Positions 52,441 to 64,000 of a stretch of 64,000 nucleotides of DNA are shown piece after piece. Made by a program: the position numbers and the translations under genes. Position 1 is the first letter of the stretch. Each line of letters begins with the position of its first letter. Source of the DNA: Vicugna vicugna (lineage: Eukaryota); contig MU058423.1 of NCBI GenBank assembly GCA_013265495.1, positions 9,595,627 to 9,659,626 of the forward strand, written 5' to 3'. The notes under the pieces were generated by a model, which saw nothing but the letters and a program-made list of their open reading frames with translations, was not told the DNA's origin and ran no database searches.

Positions 52441-53455
52441 AAAAGAAATGTTCTTTAGGGAAAGGGGTTAAATACAATAGTTATTTCTAGTATGTATGTA
52501 TATGTTAGTTCCTCTAGTGGCCCAGTCTCGTCTTCACTCATAAACTGCCTTCGTGAATTTGGGGGAAATTATTCACCGTCTGTCATTCTTCCTCACCAAC
52601 CAACAGCTTAGTGTTCCCAAATGTGACATTGAGGGCGACCTTGTGGGCTTACCACAGTAGAGAGGTTGGGCGCTGATGTTCTCCCTCTTGGTCTCTACCA
52701 TCCCAAAAGGGAATTCACTGACATGAACCACTCCATTAATTTAAGAGGCTATACCTTCACAATACTTAAAATTACTTTTCAGGAAATAACATACCTGTGC
52801 TGCAGCTCAAGGTGTCAGAAATGTACAGAGTCTATAATATAAATCTAACTATAATAGGTAGGACCAGAGAGGGCTGGTGGAGGGGATTGTGTAGACTGGT
52901 ATGACCACTTGCCCTGTTCCTCAAATCATACAGTATACTTAACCCACCAGTGTATAGCATCGCCCCTAACCTTATGTTCATTATTCAAGAATGCACATAT
53001 TTTAGGAGGTCAGCATTCAGACTGGGTTCGGTAGTTTGTCATTTTTCTAAAGTGCATATATGCATAAAGCACATATGACAAAAATGGGAAAAACCAGAAG
53101 TCGATATTTTCTCTTTTTCCTGGTGAAACTAAACTTCTTGTAATCAATCCACCGACTAGTTAATTAACAAGCGCTGAATTAAGCCCCTAGGCCACGGAGC
53201 ATTTAATTTGCCTTGGAATCCTAATCCAGTTAAATGCCAAGTCTCTGGGGAGAGGCGCTGTCTGGCTACGTTTCACCCTTGATACACTGTTTGGAATTAG
53301 AAGGAACAAGGGAAGCCCAGAAGGAATAAGTAGCTTTGGGCCCAAGTAGCACTGTGGCAAGACTGAGCTGTACGCCTGTGCCTGCCAATACCCATTCATT
53401 ACTAAGAAAATGAAAGATTGAGGAAAAAGCAAATTGTCTCTGAAAGTCCTCTTAC

Positions 53456-53519
53456 CTGTGACATAAGACAGACCAAACTGGTAAACCCATGAAGTTTGAT
53501 CTTGATATTCCCCCGTGAC
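53456..53519 (-). other. Candidate exon (64 nt)
   Basis: Acceptor 'tttctgttattttttcctatttgttccaacaag|G', consensus donor 'CAG|gtaaga', in repeat-free sequence. Confidence 0.3.
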
Positions 53520-53960
53520 CTTGTTGGAACAAATAGGAAAAAATAACAGAAAGTTGCTGCCTTTTTCACTAAATCTATTTTAAGATCCTGAACTACTTCA
53601 AATGCAAGAGAAACGTGTACCACTTTTCAGTGTGAAGCAACAGGTGCCAAGATTTTATGGCTTCAGGGTCAGGTCCTGCAGAAAATTTAGTCACAAAAAA
53701 ACAGCAGGAAATTTAGTCTACAATTTGCACTCTAACTTCTATTTTTGGCTTTATCTGACTCCAGGAGGCCCATGGCTACCTATGCCAGGTTGGTATTCAG
53801 GAAGAAGCAGCGCCGCCAGGGTTCTGCGCAGAGATAATAGTTGCTTCCGTGAAAGAGCCTCGGGATATTTCATTTGGAATGTCGACTTCAAGTGTGGCTG
53901 AACTTGGCACCAATCTAGTGACATTTAAAAGGCTGGCTTTGTTTCCATATCTCTCCCTTT

Positions 53961-53971
53961 TGCTGAGTCAC
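53961..53971 (+). promoter_or_regulatory. Consensus NF-E2/NRF2-sMAF (ARE) / AP-1 motif
   Basis: TGCTGAGTCAC in a repeat-free block. Confidence 0.35.
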
Positions 53972-55479
53972 AGATACAGATGACACATTTGACGATCAGG
54001 TGGATGTGAGTGGCAGTTCCGCTTAGTTAGGAATGTTAAGTTTTTCAAAATCTAACTTTTTTTTTTGCTTAAAGAGATTCATTTTCAATCCAGTGGCAGA
54101 AATCATGAATACAATCAGTTATTGAAAAGAGCAAGTAGCATGTTGCCAAAAAAAAAGAATAGACAAAAATTAAATCAGAGGAGTGCTGTGATGCGGTGAA
54201 GGACCGACTGCTCCCAGGGCCCGGACCCAGCACTGAAAGGGAGTATTATTAATGAGCATGAGATAAGGCCAAAGGCTCTTTGCTCAAGGTCCGGCAGAGA
54301 TAGAAAAAGACTGGGGCCAGGGAAATAGGGCAGCAGATGACGGACTGGACCTAGTGATGGTGACAAGTAAATGTAAGTTAGGCCATAAGCTTGTTTGTGC
54401 AGAAAGGAAAACACAGATAAAACTATAGAAACAAAACCGAGCATTTTGCCCCACACGGAAAGTTAATATTAGATTTATCCTTGCCAGGTGCGAGACAACA
54501 CAGGACAGCTCAAAAACAGACCGAAACATACAATTTGATTAAAAGAAATGAACACAGGATCCTTTCTTTGAGCTCAGATCCTGCACGTGCCAAGGAAAAT
54601 GATCTCCCCAACCCCATGCCTCACACTGGAAAGGACTCAGAGGGCTGTGTTTGTTCGCTGGCTTTGATTCTGCGAATGAAATTTTCTTTTAAGTAAAGAA
54701 TAAACAAACCATTTCAAAGAGCATTTTGTTTGTTTCCCTGAAGTGTGTTAAAGATTCCAGGTATAAAAAGAATGGGGTATTTTGTTTCCTACTTTAAGGA
54801 GTCAGAACAGCCTCATCAATCCTTGCACGTGGGCCGTTGAAGTAGGCACCAATCATACAATCTTCTTTCCATTCTCCATGTGGGAAATCTCTGGCAGTAA
54901 GAGTTAATGGGCCTCTGAACCTCAACAATAGTCTAACATTTACAGCATTACAAGGATCTACTGACATAAGTTTTAGATTAGAATCTTAAACCCAGGCATC
55001 TTGTTAGCTTAGCATGGGGTTCTTAAAATACATTTTAAAGCATTTTAAAGATCCAGATGATGAAAGCATTTGGGTCTTTTGTTGGGCATATGTCTTGAAA
55101 GGCTGAAACTGGAATTAATTTTAGTATTTGAGAGATGACTGAATTTTATCTGGGCTTTCCCCCAAAGAGCTTCTAATATAGACGTTATAAATGTGCACAG
55201 ATGCCTCAGCATGAATTAAAGATCGCCGTCTCCTGTCCTGTGGGAAAGGTAAAAACTTTTCTGGATACCACTATAAATAGCACTGTGCTTAAGGACACAG
55301 TAATGTGTATTCTATATGCCTGTTCTACAGACTACACTGCAAAATGAATGCATTTACCATGAGGACGTTAGGTTAGTGCTGAAGAGGATAAAACTATACT
55401 ATATCCACAAGTGTGCTAAGAGTCTTAGTCAATTCTTGCTTTGGATACTTTTCTAGTTAATAATTTCGGTGACATTGAA

Positions 55480-55650
55480 ACCAGATAGATGGTATCTTTC
55501 TTTTCTCCCCTTCAAACTGCGAATCCACCCCTTCCCATTGCTAAGTGTGCTGTTTTAGACAAGTCAAAGTGTCTTGGCATCCATATTCATAAACAAGGAT
55601 GGTACCACTTCACAGTGTTGTTTTGAGGGTTACATGAAAATGAACATATG
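55480..55650 (+). mobile_element. Degraded MIR
   Basis: 'aagtgtgctgttttagacaagtca...ttcataaacaaggatggtaccacttcacagtgttgttttgagg'. Confidence 0.55.
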
Positions 55651-56594
55651 CATGTAGCAGCGATGGAAGCTGAGACTCACATGGGATTAGATGTGCTCAG
55701 AGAGCATCACTTCATCACCTCATCTTAGATCTTCTTTGCATTCTATGTAGTCAGTCTCCTTTAACAGTCTGAGAAATCCCCAGGTTTGGTTATAACCTAT
55801 CTTTTGCATAGGACCACTCAGATCTCTGGGAAAGAACGTAAAATGTGTCCATTGTTACAGTTTGGCTTTGGGCAGATGTAGGCATAATGGATTTATTCAT
55901 TAGAGGTGGAAGAAAGGGAGATAAAGGCAGGGCGCTTAGATAACAGATGGTGATAACATGGCCCTTTAGAGAAGGTTCCCATGAATGAGGGAGAAATCCA
56001 ATGGGTAGAATCCCCAGATCTTCTGGGTTACCCTGCATGTGGACTGAGTAAGCGCTAGCTTGGTTCCAGAGGAAGCCCGAAGGCAGTGGCCAGCCTACAC
56101 TTGATGTAGAAAGCTGTCAACATGCAGGGAGCTGTATGACTGCAGCTGCAGGTGGACTCAGAGGTGGGTCCAGGGGCTATGGGAAGAGGGTCCATGATTC
56201 CAAGGGCACAGTGGATTTACCAGTAAGCAAGTGCCAACTTGTGGGCAGCCTCTGTCCTCTAGAGGATTCTGGCAGCATACTTGGCTGCAGACAATGGTGT
56301 AGAAGGTTGACAAGGATGGCAGTGAGTGCAGAGCCACAAGCAGTGCTCAACCTGCCCCCTTAGGGATTCCAAGAAGGGGATAAGAGTGGGGAGCAGCAGC
56401 AGTAACATGTTGTTAAGTGGACCCAAGGTCAAATTATTTAAAGTGATTGGAACTGGAATCCTATAGCAGGTCACCTTTGGACTACTCGTGTAAGGGCCCC
56501 GGGGAATTCCTGGTGATAATTGCGGGAAGAGCGCTTGGAAAAAGTCTAGAATTCTTTTAGCATCATGATTTGGTGTTTCCTTATCAATGGGCTT

Positions 56595-57803
56595 ACCTAA
56601 GGCAACCTACAGATTCAATGCAAATCCCTATTAAAATTGCAATGGCACTTTTCACAGAACTCGAATAAATAACTTTAAAATTGCACGGAGACACAGAAGA
56701 TCCCAAGTAGCCAAAACAATCTTGAGAAAGAACAAAGGAGGCAAGAATATACAATGGAGAAAAGACAGTCTCTTCAATAAGTGGTGCTAGGAAAACCGAG
56801 CAGCTACATGTAAAAGAAAGAAATGAGAACATTCTCTAACAACACATACAAAAATAAATTCAAATTGGATTAAAGGCCTAAATGTAAAAGACTAGATCTT
56901 AAAAAACTCCTAGAGGAAAACACAGGCAGAACACTCTGACATAAATCAGAGCTATATTTTTTGGATCCATCTCCTAAAGTAAAGGAAATAAAAGCAAAAA
57001 TAAATAAATGGGACCAAACAAATAGGAGTATTTGCACAGCAAAGGAAACCACTGACAAAATGAAAAGACAGCTCACTGAATGGGAAAAAGTATTTGTAAG
57101 TGATATGACCGATAAGAGGTTAACATATATAAACTGCTCATATAACTCAACATCAAAAAAACAAACAACTCAATTTAAAAAATGGGCAGAAGACCTGAAT
57201 AGACATTTTTCAAAAGAGGAAATGCAGATGGCCAACAGCCCCATGAAAAGATCCCTTACATCACTAATCATCAGGGAAATGCAAATCAAAACCACAATGA
57301 ACTATCACTTCATACCTATCAGGATGGTTATCATGAAAAAGAACACAAATAGCAAATGTTGGCGAGGATATGGAGAAAAAAGAACCCTTGTACACTGTTG
57401 GTGGGAATGTAAGTTGGTGGAAAACAGTATGGAGGTGTCTCAAAAAAGCTAAAAATAGAACTAGCATATGACTCAGCAATTCAACTCCTAAGTATACATC
57501 TGAAAAAAAACAAAAACACTAAGTCAGAAAGATACATGCACCTCAGTGTTCACAGCAGCATCATTTACAATTGCCAAGATATGGAAGCAACCTAAGTGTC
57601 CATCCACGGATGAATGGCATATATACACAACGGAGTACCACTCAGCCATAAAAAGAATGAAATTGTGCCATTTGCAACAACATGGATGGACTTGGAGTGT
57701 ATTATACGAAATGAAGTAAGTCAGACAGAGAAAGACAAATGCTGTATGACATCACTACATGTGGATCTAAAAATAAACTAGTGAATATAACAAAGAGAAA
57801 CAC
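56595..57803 (+). mobile_element. L1 ORF2 3' part and 3' UTR start, internally deleted (pseudogenic)
   Basis: ORF 56961-57452: KINKWDQ...[13 protein letters not shown]...[12 protein letters not shown]...[22 protein letters not shown], the L1 ORF2p C-terminal cysteine-rich domain. Confidence 0.95.
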
Positions 57804-59829
57804 TGGGGCTGAGGGCCGCTAAGACAAGGAGTAACTCTGTACCTGGTGATTAGAAGAGCAGCAGCATTAAATGTGTAGATCTTCCTTTGGGGAAGGCCAT
57901 GTATTTTTGAGAATCTTGACATCACGCAGAAGCCCAAGGACGCACACCAGAAACAGTGGCACGACTCGGCTGCGGGGTGAGAGTGGGTTTGGCTTTTCAA
58001 ATAGAAGGTAATCTATGGTGAGAGTACAATTATCTTCTCTCTGAAGGACCTTGTCAGCTCTGGACGGTCTTCCTTTCAGAGGACTGAATAGGTAATAGAA
58101 GAGACAGAAGGCAGGGAGAGAGAAGGATGTGGCTTTGGAGGGCAATGGTACTGTTTTTGTAAGCATTTCTCCTCACTTTTATCAATGGAAATCAACATAC
58201 ATTTTGGTTTCCTCAAGGTTTAGATCAAACTGACTTTAGCCAAGGAGCAAGTTCACCAGATACCTTTACAAAGTCCTCAATTCTATTTGGGCTCTGATTT
58301 GGGGAAAGCTATTCTCCCCGTCGGCCTGGCTTTGCCTAACCTCACGTTGCCATGGCCTCCAAGGAAAGCCAACTGCTGGGAAGGTTGACTAAGGGCAATG
58401 AGACATCTTCGGCAGTCGGATATTTGGGATACTCCCCCCACCTGAGCTCACTGGCTGTTCATGCATAAGTGACCAGAGTTACCAGCTAAAGCACCTCAGA
58501 GTGAAACTGAGCATCTCTCCTGGCCTGAGCTGCAAAGACTGGACCATCTCTCTATTTCCAGGCACAGTGCCTCCTTCAGAATACAGAGGCAGCGGATGCA
58601 TCTCCCCACCAAAGTGAATTCTGGGCCACTCCAAGTAAGCCTACACACCCCATTAAAATAAAGTTGATTTAACAAGTCATTGCTGAATGGCACGTTTAAA
58701 GTATGTGATTTAACATTTTTGTAAGAAATTATCTGAAAATAAAAGGAGAAAAGAGATTTTTAAACAACAAAAAACTCTGCAACTTGGCATATGTAATAGT
58801 TATAAGATTATAGAACTTAGTCTAATATATCATTAACATGTTCTAACATATTTTCCTTCATGCTACAAAATACTCCTAATATATTTAGTTTAAGAAATTT
58901 TTCTATTATTTTTGACTCAACTTTCCAGCTTCAAAAGGAGATTTCTAAAATCAAGTGATTCTACCTTTGTTGTTTTGATGGTTTTGGTTCTAATACCTGT
59001 CTATGACACTTCACTGGAAATACTTTGAAAACAACCTTATTGAAGTTTTTAGTAGTAACAGGTGTGCATAATACTTGCATGCTGTTGCTTTGTAACTGAC
59101 ATGTTACCTCAAATCTTCAACAGCTTCATTATTGTCAAATGTACCGTAGTAACTCTTGGAAACATCTAAACACTTCTTTGGCACTATGTTTCACCTTGAG
59201 TGAGCAGGAACTGTGGTCATGAGTCTCACTGTGGCTACCGTCAGACTCTACTCAGAGACACTGGTAAATGCAGAAAGTCTTCTTTGCTGTGAGGTTTCTC
59301 TACTCTGTCCATCCTATACACAGGACTGAATATTAAAAGAAGGAAAATCTGTGAGTCCTTTAAATAACAGTTAATCTTCTATATATATATATATAGATAG
59401 ATTTATTGGGTAGTCATTTCAGTTCCATTTTTGTAAAAAGACAGTTTCAAAATGGAACACATAAAATTCCACTTCAGATCAGCTTTAACAAGGAACATTT
59501 GCAATCATGTGATGTCAGAGAACATTCACTTAAATCCCAGTTAAGAAAATGGTATCCTTCCCTCTATAATTGCTTTCTTTTCATTAGTGCACACATATTC
59601 CAAGAAAATTGTCTCCAGTTGTTGTTGTATTTTGAATTGTCAGTAAATTTTTGTGAAATTTTGTCATCTCTCATTGTAAGAGTGCTTACAAAATCCCCTT
59701 GATTTTGCCTGTAGTCCTACAAAACCTTAACTATTTACAGTCTGATCCTTAATAGAAAAAAACGTGTGCTGACCTCTGCTTTAAGGAAAGGGTCCTGGTT
59801 GTAGGAGGGAGGATGGGTGGCAGGGTGGT

Positions 59830-60510
59830 GAGGGGCCGTGTGAGAGCGTTACCGCGGTAGCCCGGATGGGGACGAGGGTGTTCAGGGCAGTGCTCCTCTG
59901 CCCTGGAGGAGACTGTTGAACCCTCGGCAGGAGTGCGGAGGGGTGGGCCTCGTAATCCCCTGATCCCCAAAAGGGTTTTTGAAACAACCACTAATAGAAA
60001 TCAGGGTTGATAACAGACAGTACGTATTGTTCGGTGCTTCTTATCAGGTGCTCATATTAGGGCCGCACATGTTTTACTTGATTCAGTCGCCATAAGAACC
60101 GCATGCATTAGGCGCTATCTGATCCCCACGTGATAGACCCGGTGTCTGAGTTACAGAGAAGTTGTGAAACTTGCCCAGAGCCCCAGGCGCGGTGAACTGA
60201 GGCACTGGGGCTGGAACCGAAGCGGGCTGGCACCGGGCTCGTGTCTCCGCTACCACCACACCGCCCCTTCCACTAAGAGGGGCAGCTAGCTCAGGTCACG
60301 GATGCACGAGGGCTGTACGTCTGTCGCTCTGCCCCCCACACCTCCAAGGACGGGGGACAGGAGTAGGGCAGAGACGGCAGGATAGAGAGCAGACGGTGGG
60401 AGGACCTGCGTGCTCGGAGCCTGGTGGGGCCGGGACCGGGCTGGGACCGGGCCGGGGGGCGGCTAGGCCGACCCCGCGGAGGGAGTTCGGGCTGAGGACC
60501 CGCCGACTCA
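59830..60510. promoter_or_regulatory. Small CpG island / promoter-like element
   Basis: The only sustained GC- and CpG-rich stretch in the window; GC box GGGGCGG at 60456-60462; E-box CACGTG at about 60127. Confidence 0.6.
60020..60265 (-). mobile_element. MIR within the CpG island
   Basis: 'ctgatccccacgtgatagacccggtgtctgagttacagagaagttgtgaaacttgcccagagcccca...ctggggctggaaccgaag' parallels the reverse MIR core. Confidence 0.7.
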
Positions 60511-61499
60511 GAGCTCCAGAAAGTCAGAGACAGGAGAAAGAACCAGGGAGGTGAAGCTGCAGGGTATTTTCATCAGCTGACTGCGCACTGTGGAGGCAGA
60601 TTCTACACGTGTTTCCTGAAGAAACTGCACACGTGCCCCTTGGTGGGGGCAGGGGGGCACAGAGAGGACAGTGACAACCAAGAGGTGTTTAGTAACAAGA
60701 GGTATTTTTCGAAGTGTCTCCTTTTCTCTAATATGTTTCCTACTCCAGCCCATCCCCAACACTGATAGAGACGTAATGAGAGCAAAATTGTACGTGTAGT
60801 GGGGGCGAGTGGGGGGAGGTGGCCGACTGGCGGGGAGCAGGGACAGAATGAGGGCAAGAGAAGATGGGCTGGGTAAGACCAACCTGTTTCTCACGTTAGT
60901 GCCTTCACGCTATCCTGAGCCTGCTTAAGCAGAGAGAAGGTTCAAATTTCTCTCCTAAGAAGGCATCGTGTACTTAAAAGAACGTGAATCAATTTTACTA
61001 TGGAATACTGCCAGTAAGTAGATCTGATTACACAGAGATGCTGCAAAAGCGTTTCATAAAACAAGCCGGGGCAGAACATGTTTTGTGGGAGTATTGAGTA
61101 CACGTCATGTTATATAAATAAATTCCCTTTGCAACTGAATGTACCATGATTTTAAAAACTCCCCAGTGAAGACTGGTAGCTCTACTCACTATATACAGCG
61201 TAGTTTCCCGTTTCTGCCCGCAGTTTCTCTGATGAGCCCCAGGAGAGGCAGACAAAGGTTCAAGTGAAATAGAACAGCCTGGTTCATGATTAAGAGCTGC
61301 TCATCTTATGAGAGAACTGTCTGTCTGTGAAGGACTCGAAGACTTACTAGCATTATTACCATGCCATTTCATTTACTTGCCAAAGCAATTACATCATTAA
61401 TAAAATTGGGAAAATAGTCCTCTTAACATTCAAAGAGTCAAACTCTCTCATTCTCAAATTTCATCCTTTTGAGCAGCATAAAAATATTGTGAAGACTAT

Positions 61500-61810
61500 A
61501 TTCATTTATTTATTTAACAATATTATATTTAAGTGCCTATTATGTACCAGGCCCTATTTTAAGCACCAATGATTGGATAGTGAAGAAAATAAACAAAATT
61601 CCTTTCTCTCATAAAGCTTATATTTAGTATTTTGGGTGTGGGTGGATTGGGGGAGGGAGATAGAGAAGAGACAAATAATAAACAAAATATGTAAGTAAAT
61701 TATATAATACAGTAGAAGGTGATAGGTGTTCTGGGGAAATAATAAAGCACGGTTGGGAGATGAGGGTTATGTAGAGAAGTGGTTTGCAGTCTTTAAAAAG
61801 GATTCTTCCA
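61500..61810 (-). mobile_element. L2 3' fragment
   Basis: 'ttcatttatttatttaacaa...aagtgcctattatgtaccaggcc...ataaagcttatattt'. Confidence 0.8.
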
Positions 61811-62180
61811 GGTCGTATATGTATGTTCGTAAGATCACTTTTCATATGCAAAACATCATACAGAGGTTAAGGGTTTTCTTGTTGGGTGGGGGAATCGCAA
61901 TAAAGGCATCTGTTTTTCACAGTGGGAACACGTGATTTTGTAATGAAGAATGTACGAGGGGACAGAACAGCCTATTGAAGCATTGTGTGCTCGTCAAGCA
62001 TCGCTGTACCCTCATCCCTAATGTCTTCCAGGGAAGCAATAAAACTATTTCATTGGGAGTGAATGCTTTCCCGGTGCTTATAAAGGATTTAAGGATTTAG
62101 AATAGAAGGTTTAGAATAGAAGACTGAGGTAAAATATATTTATCTCCATACTATTTTTCAAAAGCATCCAGATACCAAGT

Positions 62181-62244
62181 CATCCATTCATCCATCCATC
62201 CATCATCCATCCATCCATCCATCCACCCACCCATTCATCCATCC
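62181..62244. repeat. (CCAT)n imperfect tetranucleotide repeat, probably an L2 tail
   Basis: catccattcatccatccatccatcatccatccatcc... followed by 'aattatttattaagt'. Confidence 0.9.
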
Positions 62245-62979
62245 CAAATTATTTATTAAGTAGGTATTATATCAGAGGAATTTTGAAAAACTGCTGGAAG
62301 AGTTAGAAAAGTTTTCATGTTCTAGGGTAAGAAAGGCACCAATAGGATTAATTAGGAATTATGCTCAAGAGATTTAATTTAGTGCTCACCATACAATTTA
62401 AGGAAAATGTCTAAAAATCTCATTTGACAGAACAAACTCTGAGAACAAAATACAAATGATTCCTTGAAAAGTGGAGTAATATACCTGCTTATATATAGCA
62501 TGCAAAAAATCTTTCGTATAATGGTAAAGGTAATGAGCAAGGACAGACAACTATAGAAAATTTCATAGTGTGAGAAGTATTGTAAAAATAAAAATTAAAT
62601 GGAAAATAAGAGCAGTTAGCTGTTGAAATAGCTTCTAAATAGTATTATTAGCAAAAAGAATTCTAATCATTGGCATAATAAAAGCTATATTTGAGTAGAA
62701 ATTGTATTATTTCATTTAGTGGAATTTGCAAGATGGCCCTGACAGCTTCATATTAATATATCATTTTAAAATTCCTGTGTTTATAATCATTTTGATCTTT
62801 TAAAAATTGCATGTTATAATCATAAAAATATTAAATGAATGCATTCTCATAAATGCTCAAAAATTCAGATAAAATAATAGTTTCATTTGCCATTATTAGT
62901 TTATTTTTCTATGTATTACACATATACATAAAGAATATATAGTTTTGAGTAATAGTTTGTAAAATAAATGGTGCTATAA

Positions 62980-64000
62980 TACAAGCATTGGTCTACAACT
63001 TGCATTTTTGTAGTACACCTTGGAGACCTTTCCACGTTTGTAAATGTTGATACATCTTATTCTTCCCAAGAACTACATTGCATAATTTTACATAATCATT
63101 CTTTTGTTGATGGGGGCTTAAGTTATTTTCAATTTTTAGTGTCACAGACAAGGTCACAAAGAATGTCATTGTATTTGCCATCTATACACAGATAGTTATT
63201 TCTTTAGGGAAGATACTGAAGAGTACAATTGCTGAATGATAGCGTTGGACAGGCTAGAGTCTATTTTGACATCTAATGGTACTTACAATTTATTCACGAA
63301 ATAAACTGTGCCAATTTACACTCCTACCAGTAGTGTATGACAATAGCAAATATCCCACAAACCCAACATATAATAGTATCAAACTTTAAAGTGTTTTTCT
63401 CATTTTCTAATATTTCCAAATTGGTTTGTATGAGCTCTGTATCTGTTGTGGGAAATAAATCTTTTTCCCATTATAAACACTGAAAATACATTATACTCAT
63501 CTTTATCTTAACTATTCTGGATATTAATCCCCTCTCTGTCGTATGGGTTGACAGTACATTTTCCCAATCTGTAACTTTGTTTTCAAATTTTTAAAGTTTA
63601 AATTTTGATGTAGTTCAAATTACAAATGTTTTCTTTATGGCTTCTGTGTTTTATGTATTATTTTTAAAATCCTCTTCCATCCAAAGTTATAAGCATAATT
63701 TTTATAATGTTTCAATAATACATAATTTTTCTTATGATACATTTGAGGCTTTGGCTTTTTTACCTTTTTATATCTTTACTCCAAGTGGGACTTATTTTTG
63801 CAAATGATGTAAAATAGAGATCCCACTTAATTATTTTCTCTCAATTTGAGAAAAAAATTCAGTACATGTCTGTCATCTCCCCACTGAGTTGTTTTACTTC
63901 CATTATCAAATATTGCATATTTATCCATTTGTGGGTCCATTTCTGGACTCTATTCTGTTACAAAAATCCACGTGTCTCTTCTTGCAGTCATACCATGATG
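62980..64000 (-). mobile_element. Old L1M fragments running off the window end
   Basis: 'ccaatttacactcctaccagtagtgtatga', 'ttctggatattaatccc' and 'gtgggtccatttctggactctattctgtt'. Confidence 0.8.

Noticed and set aside
56961..57452. 163-aa ORF as a host gene
   Set aside because: It is decayed L1 ORF2 C-terminus (HCWWEC motif) within a deleted L1
60268..60286. Second CTCF-like motif CCACTAAGAGGGGCAG
   Set aside because: Spacing is off relative to the CTCF core, which tolerates indels poorly
1..64000. Prokaryote-style novel system (CRISPR array, operon, defence island), NUMT or processed pseudogene
   Set aside because: The sequence is mammalian and repeat-rich; I saw no repeat-spacer arrays, gene-dense ORFs, mitochondrial-like segments or recognisable retrocopies

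Overview
AT-rich, CpG-depleted mammalian genomic DNA, either intergenic or deep intronic, dominated by interspersed repeats. A tRNA-derived SINE matching the camelid Vic-1 family (36534-36658), with no Alu, B1, Bov-tA, CHR or Can-SINEs seen, points to a camelid genome (camel, alpaca or llama). I found no intact protein-coding gene; the ORF track is noise or decayed L1 ORF2. Recognisable content: many MIR, L2 and L1 fragments; MaLR/ERVL LTRs (MLT1, MLT2, LTR16-like, MER21-like); a fossil ERV-L reverse-transcriptase segment (about 950-1505); three younger ERV1-type LTRs; and hAT/Tigger DNA transposons (MER58A, MER91A, MER47/Tigger5). A small CpG island or promoter-like element lies at about 59.8-60.5 kb, with a G-quadruplex motif and a CpG-retaining MIR. 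A few isolated splice-site-bounded segments may be exons of non-coding or unannotated transcripts. I see no support for a novel biological system; the best leads are regulatory or lncRNA candidates. Repeat family names were assigned from memory of consensus sequences and boundaries are approximate unless TSDs are given.
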